From contig CAJJCP010000020.1 in the NCBI GenBank assembly GCA_905182715.1, positions 319 to 64,318 of the forward strand: a DNA stretch of 64,000 nucleotides, read 5' to 3'. The notes below the pieces were generated by a model. The model had not been told where the DNA came from, ran no database searches, and saw only the letters and a list, made by a program, of their open reading frames with translations. The DNA comes from an uncultured Candidatus Poseidoniales archaeon (GTDB lineage Archaea > Thermoplasmatota > Poseidoniia > Poseidoniales > Poseidoniaceae). This document shows positions 45,269 through 56,219 of the stretch, piece by piece. Position 1 is the stretch's first letter; every line of letters begins with the position of its first letter. The translations under genes were made by a program, and so were the position numbers.

Positions 45269-48200
45269 TCAATCGTCGCTCTTTTTACGACCAACTGCAC
45301 GTCGCTTAGGCGCCTTTCGAGGGGCTGCACGACGACCAACTGCACGCTTCTTAGTAACAGGCTTTTCTTCCTCTTCCTCTTCTTCGTCATCGTCATCGTA
45401 TTCGCCCCAATCAATGCCGTCATCATCATCATCTTCTTCGATGACGATTTCAGGGACGTCCTTCTTTCGGCGTGTTTTGCGAGAAACAGTATTCACTGCA
45501 AAGGGATCTTCTTCTTCCTCCGGTTCTTTTTCTTCTTGCGGTTCTTTGACTTCTTCCTCTGCAGGCTTTTCATCCGATTTACCACTGGTATCCGTTACGC
45601 CAGCCATATCCAGGTCTTGCGAAGTGCCGATGAACTCTGACATCCAATCTTCATCTTCGTCTTCATCATCGCCACCCTTCTTCTTCTTTGGACCACTCAT
45701 GCTGGTTTGTATAACCATCAACATAACAATTAATGTGAGGACGAAAATTCCTGAAAGAATCCATACAAGGATGTAAGGTGGGTCGGTCATTGAAGGATTG
45801 ACGACCACCGGTTCTGGCTCAGGTTGGAGAGATTCTACATAGTTGCATGAGGTTGTGCCATCAAGTCGGTTTCTACATTCATCGACAACAAAAATCACAC
45901 TAGCAGAGCGTTCGTTTCCTGCTGAATCGATTGCGCGGACAAAGACTGCATGTTGGCCAGGTAAGAAGTTACCAGCCGAGAAGTCAAGGTCGAGAACAAC
46001 TGAACTGTTATCGCCATTTAGATTGGTGACGGATGTCGCTTCAGTCCATGGCGTTGATACCGATTGGCCAGTTCCGTAATTATAGGTGAATTTGTATTGG
46101 AATGAATCAATTCGAACATCGTCGACGGCACCGGCAAGAACTTGCACGTCGCTACCATAGAGATATTTCGAGTTCGCATCGGAACTTGATGAAGGTGAAT
46201 AGATGGTCACTTGGGGTGGTACGGCGTCAACAGCTCGGTCAGTCCAAATTTGGGTGACTTGATTGTTTGCCAAATCTTCCATTTGAACTTCAAAAGTCAT
46301 GTCACCAGCGATCGTTGAAGTTGTGATGAAGAAGTCAAGTTGGTAGACTGGCCCTCTATCTGGGTTTCCAGCGTTCTCTTGAACCAAAGCCATTTCTTTA
46401 GAACCACTTGAGATGTCACCACCATTTACGGTCGTGATGTTGATCATTGGACTTATGTCGAGGTATTCATCAAACTCAATTTGGACTTTGTAATCGCCTG
46501 CAACCAGAGAAGGGCTGGTGAACGCCTCATTGTTTTCATTGATGAGAAGCAGAGTTCCTTGAGGGGCTCGTGTATCCTCTGTTACTTTGATTGCATTAGA
46601 GTTGATTCCGGAGTAGGTTTCAGGATTACTGTTCCCCCACTTATCGGTAATAATCACTGCATACCAGACCTCTCGGTCGACATCCTCAGGGACATCAAGT
46701 TGGCGGAAAAATGTATTTTGCTCGGAAGCTCCTGCATTGATATTGTCAATAGCCAGTTCCCAACCTTCAGCATGAATGGAACTTATCTCGCTTTCATCTT
46801 CGCCAAATGGTTCGCCATAGTGGCGCCAAACTTGGTAGATCTCGCCAGTTTCTTCACCAGCGTTAAACCATTCTAATCTGACTTTATTGAGGTGGCCTAT
46901 TGATTCAACAACTTTCATTCGTGCTGGAAGAGGTGAAGTAGTGTCTTCTTTGTTATCTTCGGTTATTTGGAAGACATTTTGATTCAAACGCTTGTCCATG
47001 TAGGTTCCAGTAATATGGCCATAGAGAGCTTCAGTGGTTACAAAGTAAAACGGTTGTTGGCCGGTCAAACCTTCAGGTAATTGGACGTCGAAATATCCAA
47101 CACCGTCACTTGCGGAGCCAATCCAATTGAGAGACCCGTTGAAACTGGCCCATTCTCCGCCAGTAACTCGGTATCCAGCGGACCAAATGTGATAGCGCTC
47201 ACCTTCAACTCCAAGTTGATCGGTCCACGTGACTCGTGTAGTTTGATTGCCAATAAATTCTGCATAGACATCAGAGGGTTCTGCAATCCATGGAGAGAAG
47301 GCGTCTTCTTGCACTGCATCAGAACAAGCGTTCAGCGAGATGTCGGTATTGAATACATCGTACAAATCAACGGTGACGATACAATAGTATGCAAAGCCCA
47401 TACGTCCAGTAGGCACTTCATAGGAAAAGGACTCAACACCTTCTGAGATCGTTGCGAGATATTGAACATCAGAACGAAGCGTAGAATTAAACGCTGTACC
47501 AGACATGTAGATTCGATACGATTCGCCATTTTCACCAGGTACATCATTCCATGAAACGGTTGTTGTTCCACCACCATCATTTGGTTCTGCGTCAAACATT
47601 GCATACATGGAGTTCACTTGCGCTGGAGGCATGTTATCTTCAAAAATTGGAGAAGTCATTGCATTGTTTGAAAGGAAACGGACATCTTTGTAGTCAGCGC
47701 CTGGAGCGATCCAATTTGGAAGTAAGTAGGTGACTGAATAATACGCATCGCGGTCTGTTTGGTCTGGTACCGTCTCAATATGAGTCGAATCACCAGCATC
47801 AAGTATAGCCACCGGAATTTCAGACAGCATCATGTTCGCCCCATTTGCACGGGTGACGGGGTATGATGTTCTGTAAAGATGGATTTGGTATGCATCGTCT
47901 CCTGTTTCTGGGAGGATAGGGAACAAATCGTTATAATTGACCCACTGTAATGTTGTTTCACTTGTTTCAGGGTCATATGAACCAATGATGTTGTAAGGTG
48001 TACGAATAGGTGTTGTTTGTTCAAGCACTGGGTCTTCAATCAGAGAAGCACCGGCATCCAAGTTGAATAATTCAGTTCCATTTCCAAGCGTTGTAGTTAC
48101 TGCATAGTAGAAACTGTCGTTTTCGCCAGGCGAAACGAGAAAGGAGGTGGTGTGTGGGGCGACTGTACCATTCAGTCCTCGGCATTTGAATGCATCATTA

Positions 48201-48559
48201 AGAACCTCAGCAGAGGAACATGCTGTGATTCCAGTTTCGAAAGGCGTCAAACTTGTGATGCTTGTGGAATTGATGGTATCGCTTGATCGATACACATTGT
48301 AGGTCGCTGAAAAGAGCCCTTGAATTTCTGAGCCATCGATATCGATGTTTCTCCACGACACCGAAGTGGTCTCGGAGATTGGGTCAAAAAAAGCAGTGAT
48401 ATCTTGAGCCTGTAAATCAACAGCATCTCCGATATCTTCGGCAGATACCGGCGTGAGTGGCGCCAATGCTAGAAGCATACAAAACACAAGGAAAAGTGCT
48501 TTTCTCTTGCCGTCATTACCGAGCAAATTGTCTGTCATCAATTCACTTGTCACATGCAA
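45269..48559 (-). CDS. Giant secreted surface protein with repeated beta-sandwich (FN3/Ig-like) modules, a C-terminal TM and a highly charged cytoplasmic tail
   Basis: Signal-like N-terminus, recurring W..V..E..Y.IY/W modules, TM YILVWILSGIFVLTLIVMLMVI, and a tail rich in D/E and K/R runs. Confidence 0.65.
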   Translation of the reverse strand: MHVTSELMTDNLLGNDGKRKALFLVFCMLLALAPLTPVSAEDIGDAVDLQAQDITAFFDPISETTSVSWRNIDIDGSEIQGLFSATYNVYRSSDTINSTSITSLTPFETGITACSSAEVLNDAFKCRGLNGTVAPHTTSFLVSPGENDSFYYAVTTTLGNGTELFNLDAGASLIEDPVLEQTTPIRTPYNIIGSYDPETSETTLQWVNYNDLFPILPETGDDAYQIHLYRTSYPVTRANGANMMLSEIPVAILDAGDSTHIETVPDQTDRDAYYSVTYLLPNWIAPGADYKDVRFLSNNAMTSPIFEDNMPPAQVNSMYAMFDAEPNDGGGTTTVSWNDVPGENGESYRIYMSGTAFNSTLRSDVQYLATISEGVESFSYEVPTGRMGFAYYCIVTVDLYDVFNTDISLNACSDAVQEDAFSPWIAEPSDVYAEFIGNQTTRVTWTDQLGVEGERYHIWSAGYRVTGGEWASFNGSLNWIGSASDGVGYFDVQLPEGLTGQQPFYFVTTEALYGHITGTYMDKRLNQNVFQITEDNKEDTTSPLPARMKVVESIGHLNKVRLEWFNAGEETGEIYQVWRHYGEPFGEDESEISSIHAEGWELAIDNINAGASEQNTFFRQLDVPEDVDREVWYAVIITDKWGNSNPETYSGINSNAIKVTEDTRAPQGTLLLINENNEAFTSPSLVAGDYKVQIEFDEYLDISPMINITTVNGGDISSGSKEMALVQENAGNPDRGPVYQLDFFITTSTIAGDMTFEVQMEDLANNQVTQIWTDRAVDAVPPQVTIYSPSSSSDANSKYLYGSDVQVLAGAVDDVRIDSFQYKFTYNYGTGQSVSTPWTEATSVTNLNGDNSSVVLDLDFSAGNFLPGQHAVFVRAIDSAGNERSASVIFVVDECRNRLDGTTSCNYVESLQPEPEPVVVNPSMTDPPYILVWILSGIFVLTLIVMLMVIQTSMSGPKKKKGGDDEDEDEDWMSEFIGTSQDLDMAGVTDTSGKSDEKPAEEEVKEPQEEKEPEEEEDPFAVNTVSRKTRRKKDVPEIVIEEDDDDDGIDWGEYDDDDEEEEEEEKPVTKKRAVGRRAAPRKAPKRRAVGRKKSDD

Positions 48560-48637
48560 CGGTTATGAGCATGTCGCATATTCATTCGCTAAACAAGGGT
48601 TTCAACACACCCCTACGGGGTGACCACAAGGCCGAGA

Positions 48638-49354
48638 TTACTCGTCTTCAGAAGCCTGATTTGGTTGAGGTAACGGGTCTTCAGAATCAATACGGGAAAT
48701 CTCGCTTTTAGCCTGTTGAAAACGGACAAGGAAAGTCCACAGACCGCCAAATGCAGAAATCAATACAATCACGCTCATCGGGTTGATAGGGATGTGATCA
48801 AGAATTCCGGGGAACATGCCAAAATCTTCAACACCAGTGTGGATGAAAATACCTGTGAGGAAAATAGCCACAATCGAAAGAATTGTTCGGTCTGCTCTGG
48901 AAAAACCGCGGTAGTTGCGGGAGCCTGCGACTGCTTGGGCTTGAGTACCCATATATGAGCCAAGTAAAGTGAGCCAAGCAGCAACGAAACCAAGCGTAAA
49001 ATCACCAACGAAAACTGAACCGGAGATACAAAGAATCCAAACAGCATCCAATAAACGGTCAAAGGTGTGATCAAGATAGTCTCCCCATCGAGTCACGTTA
49101 CCGTATTTTCGTGCCAAAGGACCGTCTAAACCGTCCAAAACCATGGCCATGATGATCAAGAGGCCCCCTCCAAACAACATGTTTGCCCCGTACGCTGAAT
49201 CATCTGCGGTCAAAACGGCGAGTCCGCCGAGTATTCCAATCGGGAGCGCTACCCATGTTACTGTGGATGGTTTCACGTTTGAAAGCGAACCCAGAATTGG
49301 ATCTAAAATGTCTTCCCACGCACTCCGTAGTTTCTCTAAAGCCATGATTCTCAA
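48638..49354 (-). CDS. CDP-alcohol phosphatidyltransferase (archaeal polar-lipid headgroup synthase)
   Basis: DGLDGPLARKYGNVTRWGDYLDHTFDRLLD matches D(x)2DG(x)2AR..G(x)3D(x)3D. Confidence 0.8.
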   Translation of the reverse strand: MRIMALEKLRSAWEDILDPILGSLSNVKPSTVTWVALPIGILGGLAVLTADDSAYGANMLFGGGLLIIMAMVLDGLDGPLARKYGNVTRWGDYLDHTFDRLLDAVWILCISGSVFVGDFTLGFVAAWLTLLGSYMGTQAQAVAGSRNYRGFSRADRTILSIVAIFLTGIFIHTGVEDFGMFPGILDHIPINPMSVIVLISAFGGLWTFLVRFQQAKSEISRIDSEDPLPQPNQASEDE

Positions 49355-49414
49355 ACTCCTGCCGTGACCGAGGGGTGTTTGTTGTTGCGGTTGTCAGTGA
49401 GCAAAATGAGGGGT

Positions 49415-49948
49415 TTACATCCATCCAATCGCTTGCGAACTCGCCTCTGCAAGTGGGAGAGAGGGGCACTTCTTTTCTAGCCATTCAACAATCTGAGATT
49501 GCATTTCTTCAATTGATAATGAAGTGCTATCAAGTTCTAAAAGAGGGGCTTCTATTTCAAATTCTAAAAGTTCAGACCAGGTTCCAGAAAGTAATTCCCA
49601 TTCAACATTAGCTGCTATTTTCGATTGTGAATAGGCCCTTGACTCTAATCGTTGTTTCAATTGAACCGGATTACAACGTAAAACGACGATAGCGTCGACT
49701 TCAAGGAGATGAGATAAATGACCATCGATAAAAGTCACGCCATCTGCTTCATTCTGCCATTTTTCGGCCAAAAGGTGAATGTCGAGAGGGGCCGAATCAT
49801 CGGTCGTATCAACTGCATCCAAACACCCGTATTGCTCTGCTAATTCTTGCAAAGAGAGTACTGTAAAGGACGCTCCTAACGCTTCGCAAAGCGTTGTCTT
49901 ACCTGTGCCTGGCGTCCCCGTGATTGCGATGCTAACTCGTTGGTCCAT
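49415..49948 (-). CDS. Fap7/AK6-type adenylate kinase/NTPase
   Basis: IAITGTPGTGKTTLCEAL P-loop, about 177 aa. ATG at 49948; the ORF track begins at a TTG at 49981. Confidence 0.6.
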   Translation of the reverse strand: MDQRVSIAITGTPGTGKTTLCEALGASFTVLSLQELAEQYGCLDAVDTTDDSAPLDIHLLAEKWQNEADGVTFIDGHLSHLLEVDAIVVLRCNPVQLKQRLESRAYSQSKIAANVEWELLSGTWSELLEFEIEAPLLELDSTSLSIEEMQSQIVEWLEKKCPSLPLAEASSQAIGWM

Positions 49949-50085
49949 GTATCCCCATGAACTCAGCCAAATAAACGCCAAGGCTTAATTTTTGAACAGA
50001 GGAATGATTCGTAAAGGGTTTTATCTTAGCCGAAGCGAACTTACAAAGGCATGATAGGTCATCACTCACAGCAGTGAATGTCGCC

Positions 50086-50835
50086 ATGTTTGGAATGAAT
50101 GACCCCGCTCAAACTCTGCTTCAATTGGAGCGGTATATCGAGGACGGGCGAATGGAAATGTCAGAGGTCATGGCAACTCAATTCACCGAGATGTTCCTTT
50201 CACAGAAAAAGAGAACTGCAGATGCCCAAATTATGTTGGTGAAAGGTTTACGAATTCTTTGTGATGTTTTTTTGGCCCGAGGTAAACTTCAACGAGCGAT
50301 AGCAAGCGTGAAGACACTTCATCGAGAACGAAAGAAATTGATTCGCCTCCTCACGAAATCGGCTCCACATTTGCTCGAAAAGATGACTGCTCCGGCCGAA
50401 GATTATCGCCGTGCTGGTAAAATTTATGCCACCGCCGGAAAAAATGGAGCTGCTATGAAGGCCTTTTCCAAATGTGAAAAACTGTCACCCGGCCATGTTG
50501 CCAGTGCAATGGAGGCGTGTACGCTGCTCGGATTCGATAAAAAGCGTGTCAATCGATTCTTGAATACCATTCAAGCAGCCGGGCCAGTGATTTTGTCAAG
50601 TGGTCACTTTCAATTACAACCGCCGCATTTGCCTGAAGCCGACGCTCACGAAGTAATGGCAATCTTACAATCTGCAGTTGAGGCTGGAATCGGCTCAACC
50701 GATGTTTGTCAAAGAGAGGTCTCTCGTATCTCCGAAGAAATCGGTGCAATAGAACGCGGAGAAGCAGCGGCAAACGCTCGATTGCAAGCAGCAATGGATC
50801 TGTTAAAACCTCAACACGACTACTACAAGTATTGA
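50086..50835 (+). CDS. Hypothetical helical protein
   Basis: About 249-aa ORF. No motif recognised. Confidence 0.45.
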   Translation: MFGMNDPAQTLLQLERYIEDGRMEMSEVMATQFTEMFLSQKKRTADAQIMLVKGLRILCDVFLARGKLQRAIASVKTLHRERKKLIRLLTKSAPHLLEKMTAPAEDYRRAGKIYATAGKNGAAMKAFSKCEKLSPGHVASAMEACTLLGFDKKRVNRFLNTIQAAGPVILSSGHFQLQPPHLPEADAHEVMAILQSAVEAGIGSTDVCQREVSRISEEIGAIERGEAAANARLQAAMDLLKPQHDYYKY

Positions 50836-50838
50836 GCA

Positions 50839-50916
50839 TGGTAACGAGAGATGGATTTGAACCATCGATCTCCGGGTTATGAGCCCGACGGGATATCCAG
50901 ACTACCCCACCTCGTT
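50839..50916 (-). tRNA. Initiator tRNA-Met (anticodon CAU), CCA encoded
   Basis: Hand-folded. A1:U72 pair, three G:C pairs closing the anticodon stem (GGG/CCC), loop CTCATAA, T-arm GATGGTTCAAATCCATC, and 3' ACCA present in the DNA. Confidence 0.8.
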
Positions 50917-51030
50917 ATATCCTTGGCTGAACTCATCCCGTTCTTCAATGCACCGATGGCACTCGCAAGCAATATGAAGGAGAAACATGGCTGTTTTTCT
51001 CATTAAAGAATGAATATCGGCATTGGATTG

Positions 51031-51888
51031 ATGAAGAAGAAGCGCGTGTCTCAACATATGCGGGCACGCTTCTCAATCCCGACCTTACTGTGCACACTGC
51101 TGATTTGTGCATCTTTTGCAGGTTGCATAGGTGATGAAGAAGAGAGTGGCAAAGACAGTGCAATCGATTTCGTCGTATACTATGAAACAACCTCTGGAGT
51201 AATTGAGGAAGTCATGCAAAATGATCAACAGGTATCTGAAACTGGAGTTGAAGTTAAGTTTGATTTTTCTTACACAAAATCCTCGGCCGGTGAAATGGTC
51301 ACGTTCTACTACATTCCTGGTGATGGCTCCAGTATGATTGAAAATAATGCGGCAGAAAACGGTGAAATAACCTACACCTATCTTACCCACGGCTTGTTCT
51401 CTGCCGCCATTGGTGCCATCGATGACCAAGAAAATGAATACTTCGAAAACATCACCATCCGTATCGACAAAAGAATCACATGGTCTCAAACAAATACAGC
51501 CAGCCCGGATTCGATGAATATTGAAACAACTCCGGACTGTGATTGTGGGGCACCAGAGCAAATCAAAATCGATTCAACAGTGGCGAATCCTGAAAACGGA
51601 CAGTTCAGTCCTTTTCAAGGCCAAACGGTTACAGTGACCTGGAGATTACTCAATTCAACTGATGCCGTTGCTACAGAATCTGCACCGGAACAAATTGGCG
51701 ATGGCCAAGATGCGAATTGGATGTATAATCAATACTTCATCGAACCCGGAACTTGGAAACTTGAAGTCGATGTCACGGCTGAAGGAGACCGTGATGAACA
51801 AGTCAGCGTCGACCACACTGTAACCATCGCTTATGTCGCTGATGAAAGCATCCCTAATCCGATGACTGCGCCTGAAGCAGAAGAGTGA
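51031..51888 (+). CDS. Secreted lipobox-type acidic protein
   Basis: MKKKRVSQHMRARFSIPTLLCTLLICASFAGC is a signal/lipobox-like sequence. The mature part is Asp/Glu/Thr-rich and looks beta-rich. Confidence 0.5.
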   Translation: MKKKRVSQHMRARFSIPTLLCTLLICASFAGCIGDEEESGKDSAIDFVVYYETTSGVIEEVMQNDQQVSETGVEVKFDFSYTKSSAGEMVTFYYIPGDGSSMIENNAAENGEITYTYLTHGLFSAAIGAIDDQENEYFENITIRIDKRITWSQTNTASPDSMNIETTPDCDCGAPEQIKIDSTVANPENGQFSPFQGQTVTVTWRLLNSTDAVATESAPEQIGDGQDANWMYNQYFIEPGTWKLEVDVTAEGDRDEQVSVDHTVTIAYVADESIPNPMTAPEAEE

Positions 51889-52068
51889 AAAGCGACTCGG
51901 AATCTTCACTTTCCGTTTTGCGAAAAGTGAACTTGAAGTGAATTGAAACTATTCAGTAAGGCGTTTAGAAGTCATGGTATACTCCTTGTTGAGGCGATAT
52001 TTTTTCGCGCCCTCATTCTGTCTTTGATATACCCTTGGCATACCAGGATGGGTTGGAAGTGAACAAAT

Positions 52069-53106
52069 ATGGCAGCCAAATCGAAGAAAGCAGCAAAACT
52101 GAAAATTGAAAACAATGAAGACCCTAAGGAAGAAGCACCTGTATTGATGCCACCTGAAGAGGATGTACCCGAGCCCCTCATTGAAGACCTCCCAGGCGTT
52201 GGTCCAGCAACAGCAGAGAAACTCCGTGAAGCTGGATTTGACGATCTACTTGCACTTGCAGTCATGTCTCCAGGAGACCTCGCAGACCAAGCTGAACTTG
52301 GTGAAGCAGTTGCAACAAAAATTATTGGTGGAGCCAAGAAGATGGCAAACATTGGCGGTTTCCTCTCTGGTGGCGCTCTCTTAGAGCGACGACGAGAAGT
52401 TCTCAAACTCTCGGCAAAGGTTCAATCGATTGATGACTTACTCGGTGGCGGTTTTGAAACCCAAGCACTTGTTGAAGTCTACGGAGCATTTGGTAGTGGA
52501 AAAACCCAAATCGGTCATCAGTTGGCTGTGAATTGTACGCTTCCTTTAGAAGAAGGTGGCTTTGATGGCGACATTTTCTACATTGATACCGAGGATACAT
52601 TCCGTCCGGAGCGCATCACCCAGATGGCGCGTGGACACGGACTCGACCCTGAACAAGTTCTCAGTCGAATCCACGTTGCCCGTGCATACAACTCCGCTCA
52701 CCAGATGCTCTTGGTCGATGAAATCAAGAGAATGAGTAAAGGCCTCAATGTCAAGATGATCATTGTTGATTCTCTTACAAGCCACTTCCGAGCTGAATAT
52801 ATCGGTCGTGGAATGCTTGCAAACCGCCAACAAAAACTCAATCGGCATCTCAAGGATTTGAAGCAACTTGCAGATATTAACAACGCCCTTGTCCTTGTCA
52901 CCAACCAAGTTCATTCGAAGCCTGACGCAATGTGGGGCGACCCGACAAAGCCGATCGGTGGCCACATTCTTGCTCACGCATCAACCTTCAGACTTTACCT
53001 GCGTAAAGCAAAGGGTGGACGACGAATTGCTCGATTGGTCGATTCTCCAAACTTGCCTGATGGCGAGTGTGTGTATCAAGTCACTGAAGAAGGTCTTCGA
53101 GACTGA
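52069..53106 (+). CDS. radA: DNA repair and recombination protein RadA
   Basis: Hh[18 protein letters not shown], Walker [10 protein letters not shown] and Walker [17 protein letters not shown]-rich N-terminal extension. Confidence 0.9.
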   Translation: MAAKSKKAAKLKIENNEDPKEEAPVLMPPEEDVPEPLIEDLPGVGPATAEKLREAGFDDLLALAVMSPGDLADQAELGEAVATKIIGGAKKMANIGGFLSGGALLERRREVLKLSAKVQSIDDLLGGGFETQALVEVYGAFGSGKTQIGHQLAVNCTLPLEEGGFDGDIFYIDTEDTFRPERITQMARGHGLDPEQVLSRIHVARAYNSAHQMLLVDEIKRMSKGLNVKMIIVDSLTSHFRAEYIGRGMLANRQQKLNRHLKDLKQLADINNALVLVTNQVHSKPDAMWGDPTKPIGGHILAHASTFRLYLRKAKGGRRIARLVDSPNLPDGECVYQVTEEGLRD

Positions 53107-53114
53107 GCGGTGTG

Positions 53115-54326
53115 ATGAAAAAACCCCTAAAAACCGCTTGTTTAGCCGTCGAGAGCGGCGGCACATTCAAGGTCACTTGGGTAAGCATGACGCTCATGCG
53201 ACACTTGATTGAACGTGTATTGGAACTCACAGAAGCTGAAACATCAAGTCCAGCACCTACTGCTCCACCTCTTGGTGAAGGCAGTGAAGTCGAACTACAG
53301 GCGTTATTGGAATCTCTCCAACCTCGCATTCGTGTCTACGGCGTTGGCGGGGCAGGTTGCAATGCAATCGGTCGACTTTCCGAAGAAGGTTTGTTTGAAA
53401 ATTCCTATGTTACAGGGTATGCCATTAATACGGATGCTCAAGCCTTACTCATGTCACCAATTGAAGAAAAAGTCTTGATTGGAAGAACTGCACGTGGACG
53501 AGGTGCTGGTGGAGATCCTACCAAAGGTGAAGCAGCGGCGCTTGAATCCGAGTTGGCACTACGGCGAATAACAAATGATACTCAACTTGCAATTATCACT
53601 GCAGGAATGGGTGGAGGTTCAGGAACCGGTGCTGCTGGCCAAATCGCTCGACTCGCAAAACAACAAGGTGCGATGACGATTGCTGTCGTGACTTACCCCT
53701 TCCAATCCGAAGGTGCCCTAAGGAAGCAAAATGCCGAATGGGGCCTTGAACGATTGCGAGAACATTGTGATACAATTCTAGTGATTCCTAACGAACGTTT
53801 GTTAGAAATTGAAGGTGTCAAGGATTTGCCTATTTCCAGTGCATTTAGAGTCGGAGATGAATTACTTGTTCGCTCAATTACCGGTGTAGCAGAATTGCTC
53901 ACCATCGATGGCATGGTAAACCTCGACTTTGAAGATCTTCGTTCGGTCATCAACTTCGGAAGTGGAGTTGCAATGATTGGATTAGGCGCTGCTTCTGGGC
54001 CTGGACGTGCTGAAGCCGCAACTATGGAGGCGTTACATTCACCACTCCTCGACATCGATACTTCAGATGCGCGTGGTGCGCTCATCAATGTGGTTGGTGG
54101 AGCGAATCTGACCCTTGGGGAGGCGGAACGTTGTGCTAAAATCATCAAAGACCAAATTTCACCTCATGCTCAAATCATTTGGGGCGCTGCGGTAAAAGAA
54201 GAACTCGAAGAAGAAATCCGAGTCATGCTCGTCTTAACCGGCGTGAAAAGTGAACAAATTCATGGTGCCAGTGAAAATAGACAACTGCGTGCCTTGCGCA
54301 ATCAGCAAATCGAATTCGTAAACTGA
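53115..54326 (+). CDS. ftsZ: Cell division GTPase FtsZ
   Basis: GVGGAGCNAI and the tubulin signature AGMGGGSGTGAAGQIA. The exact start is uncertain. Confidence 0.85.
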   Translation: MKKPLKTACLAVESGGTFKVTWVSMTLMRHLIERVLELTEAETSSPAPTAPPLGEGSEVELQALLESLQPRIRVYGVGGAGCNAIGRLSEEGLFENSYVTGYAINTDAQALLMSPIEEKVLIGRTARGRGAGGDPTKGEAAALESELALRRITNDTQLAIITAGMGGGSGTGAAGQIARLAKQQGAMTIAVVTYPFQSEGALRKQNAEWGLERLREHCDTILVIPNERLLEIEGVKDLPISSAFRVGDELLVRSITGVAELLTIDGMVNLDFEDLRSVINFGSGVAMIGLGAASGPGRAEAATMEALHSPLLDIDTSDARGALINVVGGANLTLGEAERCAKIIKDQISPHAQIIWGAAVKEELEEEIRVMLVLTGVKSEQIHGASENRQLRALRNQQIEFVN

Positions 54327-54945
54327 TTACTTTACCACAACATAAAGGCAAACCAGGATGGCGATTAGCCCTCCGAGAATGAGTGAAAAGTCAGTGAGTG
54401 AATAGGATTGGTCAACATCAGGTTGGATCAAAGTTCCTTCAAAACTCGAGCCTGGGATTGTGACTCCATATGAGTTCCAAGCATCCCCCATGGAATTTCC
54501 ATTCCCGTTAACTGCGTTTCCAAAAACTATGAATTCAACGCTTGAAGTATTGTCTTGAGGAGAAATCCAAGTGAAATTCCAAGCCCGTTGAGCATTTCCT
54601 TCACCCGTATGTGTCCAGCCGTCTTCGAGTTCTTGGGTATGATTTACGTTGACAAACTCAATTTCACCCGCACTCACCAAGAGGCGAAAGCCACCTTGTG
54701 AAGAGTTCGTTTGAATGGCAACATCGCTTTCAACAACGAGTGTGAGTGTGGAAGGTTTCATTGCTTTCAAAAGATGTTGGAAGGCCAACGAGGTAGGAGT
54801 TCGTACTGTTTGAGGCACCCCCGTGACACAGACATCCATCGTTGGCGCTTTCTCCAACTCCGGTTGGAAAGCTTTGGCTTGAAGAGAAGCCAAGAGACGA
54901 TACCAGAAGTAAAAGTAAAACGTAATGCAGCCGACTGAACCTCAT
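54327..54945 (-). CDS. Secreted, C-terminally anchored beta-sandwich-like protein, interrupted by one frame break
   Basis: The signal peptide (MRFSRLHYVLLLLLVSSLG) and GCLCHGG lie in ORF 54730-54999. The remainder and the C-terminal TM lie in ORF 54327-54893. Removing one c near 54750 gives ..NETFTLTLVVESD.. Confidence 0.45.
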
Positions 54946-55106
54946 GTTTACCCAAAGAGAAGCCATGGTAGGGCTCATATGACTTTTTCCATACACCATA
55001 CACTTATTGTTTGATAATCTATCGGCTTATTGAGTGGTTTTTACGTATAAGAAAAAAACATTCTTTCATGTAGTAGGACTGGCAAGTTCATGTTGGAAGT
55101 GGAACT

Positions 55107-55781
55107 GTGCAATCATGGGATACTGTTGAAGAAGTCGAAGAAGAAATGGATATTTTTGCTGAACTTGGTGCTGTTCAAACAGTGGCATCTCCCGTACAAT
55201 CAATCAATGCTACGAACAGTTTGACATTGGGCGACGATCCACTTGCAGCCTTTATGGAAGATGAAGAGGAAGGCACCTTGATTGCTGACTCTCTTTTTGG
55301 ACTTGAAGATGAACCTGAAGGTGCGTTTGAATTCATTTCAGAGCCTGAAGTTCCTGTTGAGAACACATCTGGCCCATTGATCGAAGAAGCAGTACATGCT
55401 ACGCCTCAAAACCTCTCCAACGAAGTCATCACTGAATTGCTCGAAGTTCTGGTCAAAACTGAACTCAATTCTCGAAATGAACGTGGAGAAAACTGGTTGT
55501 CGGGACTCTCTGCAGATGCTGTCGCTAAGATTGAATCTGCGAAAGTGGTCAAACAACAAGAAGCGTACCATCTCTCTCTCGTCATCGATATGGTAGGCAC
55601 CGGTCAAGTTCGGCCGTTTGCAACTGTACTTTCTACCGGCGAAGGTGTTTTGCCAGTATCCCCCCCATCGCACCTCTCTCAATCGTGGCATCCGTTGTAC
55701 AACGCACTACGTGACTTGTTGCTTCAAGCGATGAATTCACTTTCAAAAGTGAATGTTGTTGTAGGAAAAGCAGCGATTTAA
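55107..55781 (+). CDS. Hypothetical acidic protein
   Basis: 224-aa ORF with a very acidic N-terminal half. Confidence 0.4.
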   Translation: MQSWDTVEEVEEEMDIFAELGAVQTVASPVQSINATNSLTLGDDPLAAFMEDEEEGTLIADSLFGLEDEPEGAFEFISEPEVPVENTSGPLIEEAVHATPQNLSNEVITELLEVLVKTELNSRNERGENWLSGLSADAVAKIESAKVVKQQEAYHLSLVIDMVGTGQVRPFATVLSTGEGVLPVSPPSHLSQSWHPLYNALRDLLLQAMNSLSKVNVVVGKAAI

Positions 55782-56161
55782 TTGCTGTGAACAACTACGC
55801 TCGAAGTCATCTTGACTTCGGTAAACATGTTTGAAACACTGCAGTATTTCTCGTGACTTTTTGCTACGATTCGCTCGAGAAGTTTTTCTGGAATATCTCC
55901 CTCAACGTGGTAGATCATTTCCACTGTTTCAAAAACGCGTGGAGTCGTTTCCGCTCGGGTACTGTCGAGTTCGACCCAGGCTTTGGTAAATTGACGATCT
56001 TTGAGGCCGACAATAACATCGACGAGAGAGCAGGCTCCTATCATTTGAAGGGTGACTTGCATTGGTGAAGGCCCGTCTTCCCAGTCCATTTCCAAGCTCT
56101 GCTGATTAGAATTTGTGCATAAAAGCCCGTTTCCTCCGGTCCACTCCACTCGCCCTTGCAT
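55778..56161 (-). CDS. OsmC/Ohr family peroxiredoxin-like protein
   Basis: 127 aa with two conserved-position Cys (IGACSLVD, KYCSVSN). Confidence 0.65.
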   Translation of the reverse strand: MQGRVEWTGGNGLLCTNSNQQSLEMDWEDGPSPMQVTLQMIGACSLVDVIVGLKDRQFTKAWVELDSTRAETTPRVFETVEMIYHVEGDIPEKLLERIVAKSHEKYCSVSNMFTEVKMTSSVVVHSN

Positions 56162-56219
56162 GGAGGTCCGTGGGGCGGTTCATTCTTGAAGGGGATGCAT
56201 CTGCGTCAGTTTGATTGCC

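Noticed and set aside
51972-52406. 144-aa minus-strand ORF
   Set aside because: It is antisense to the 5' part of radA and has a Ser/Ala/Arg/Pro-rich shadow composition.
53693-54148. 151-aa minus-strand ORF
   Set aside because: It is antisense to ftsZ.
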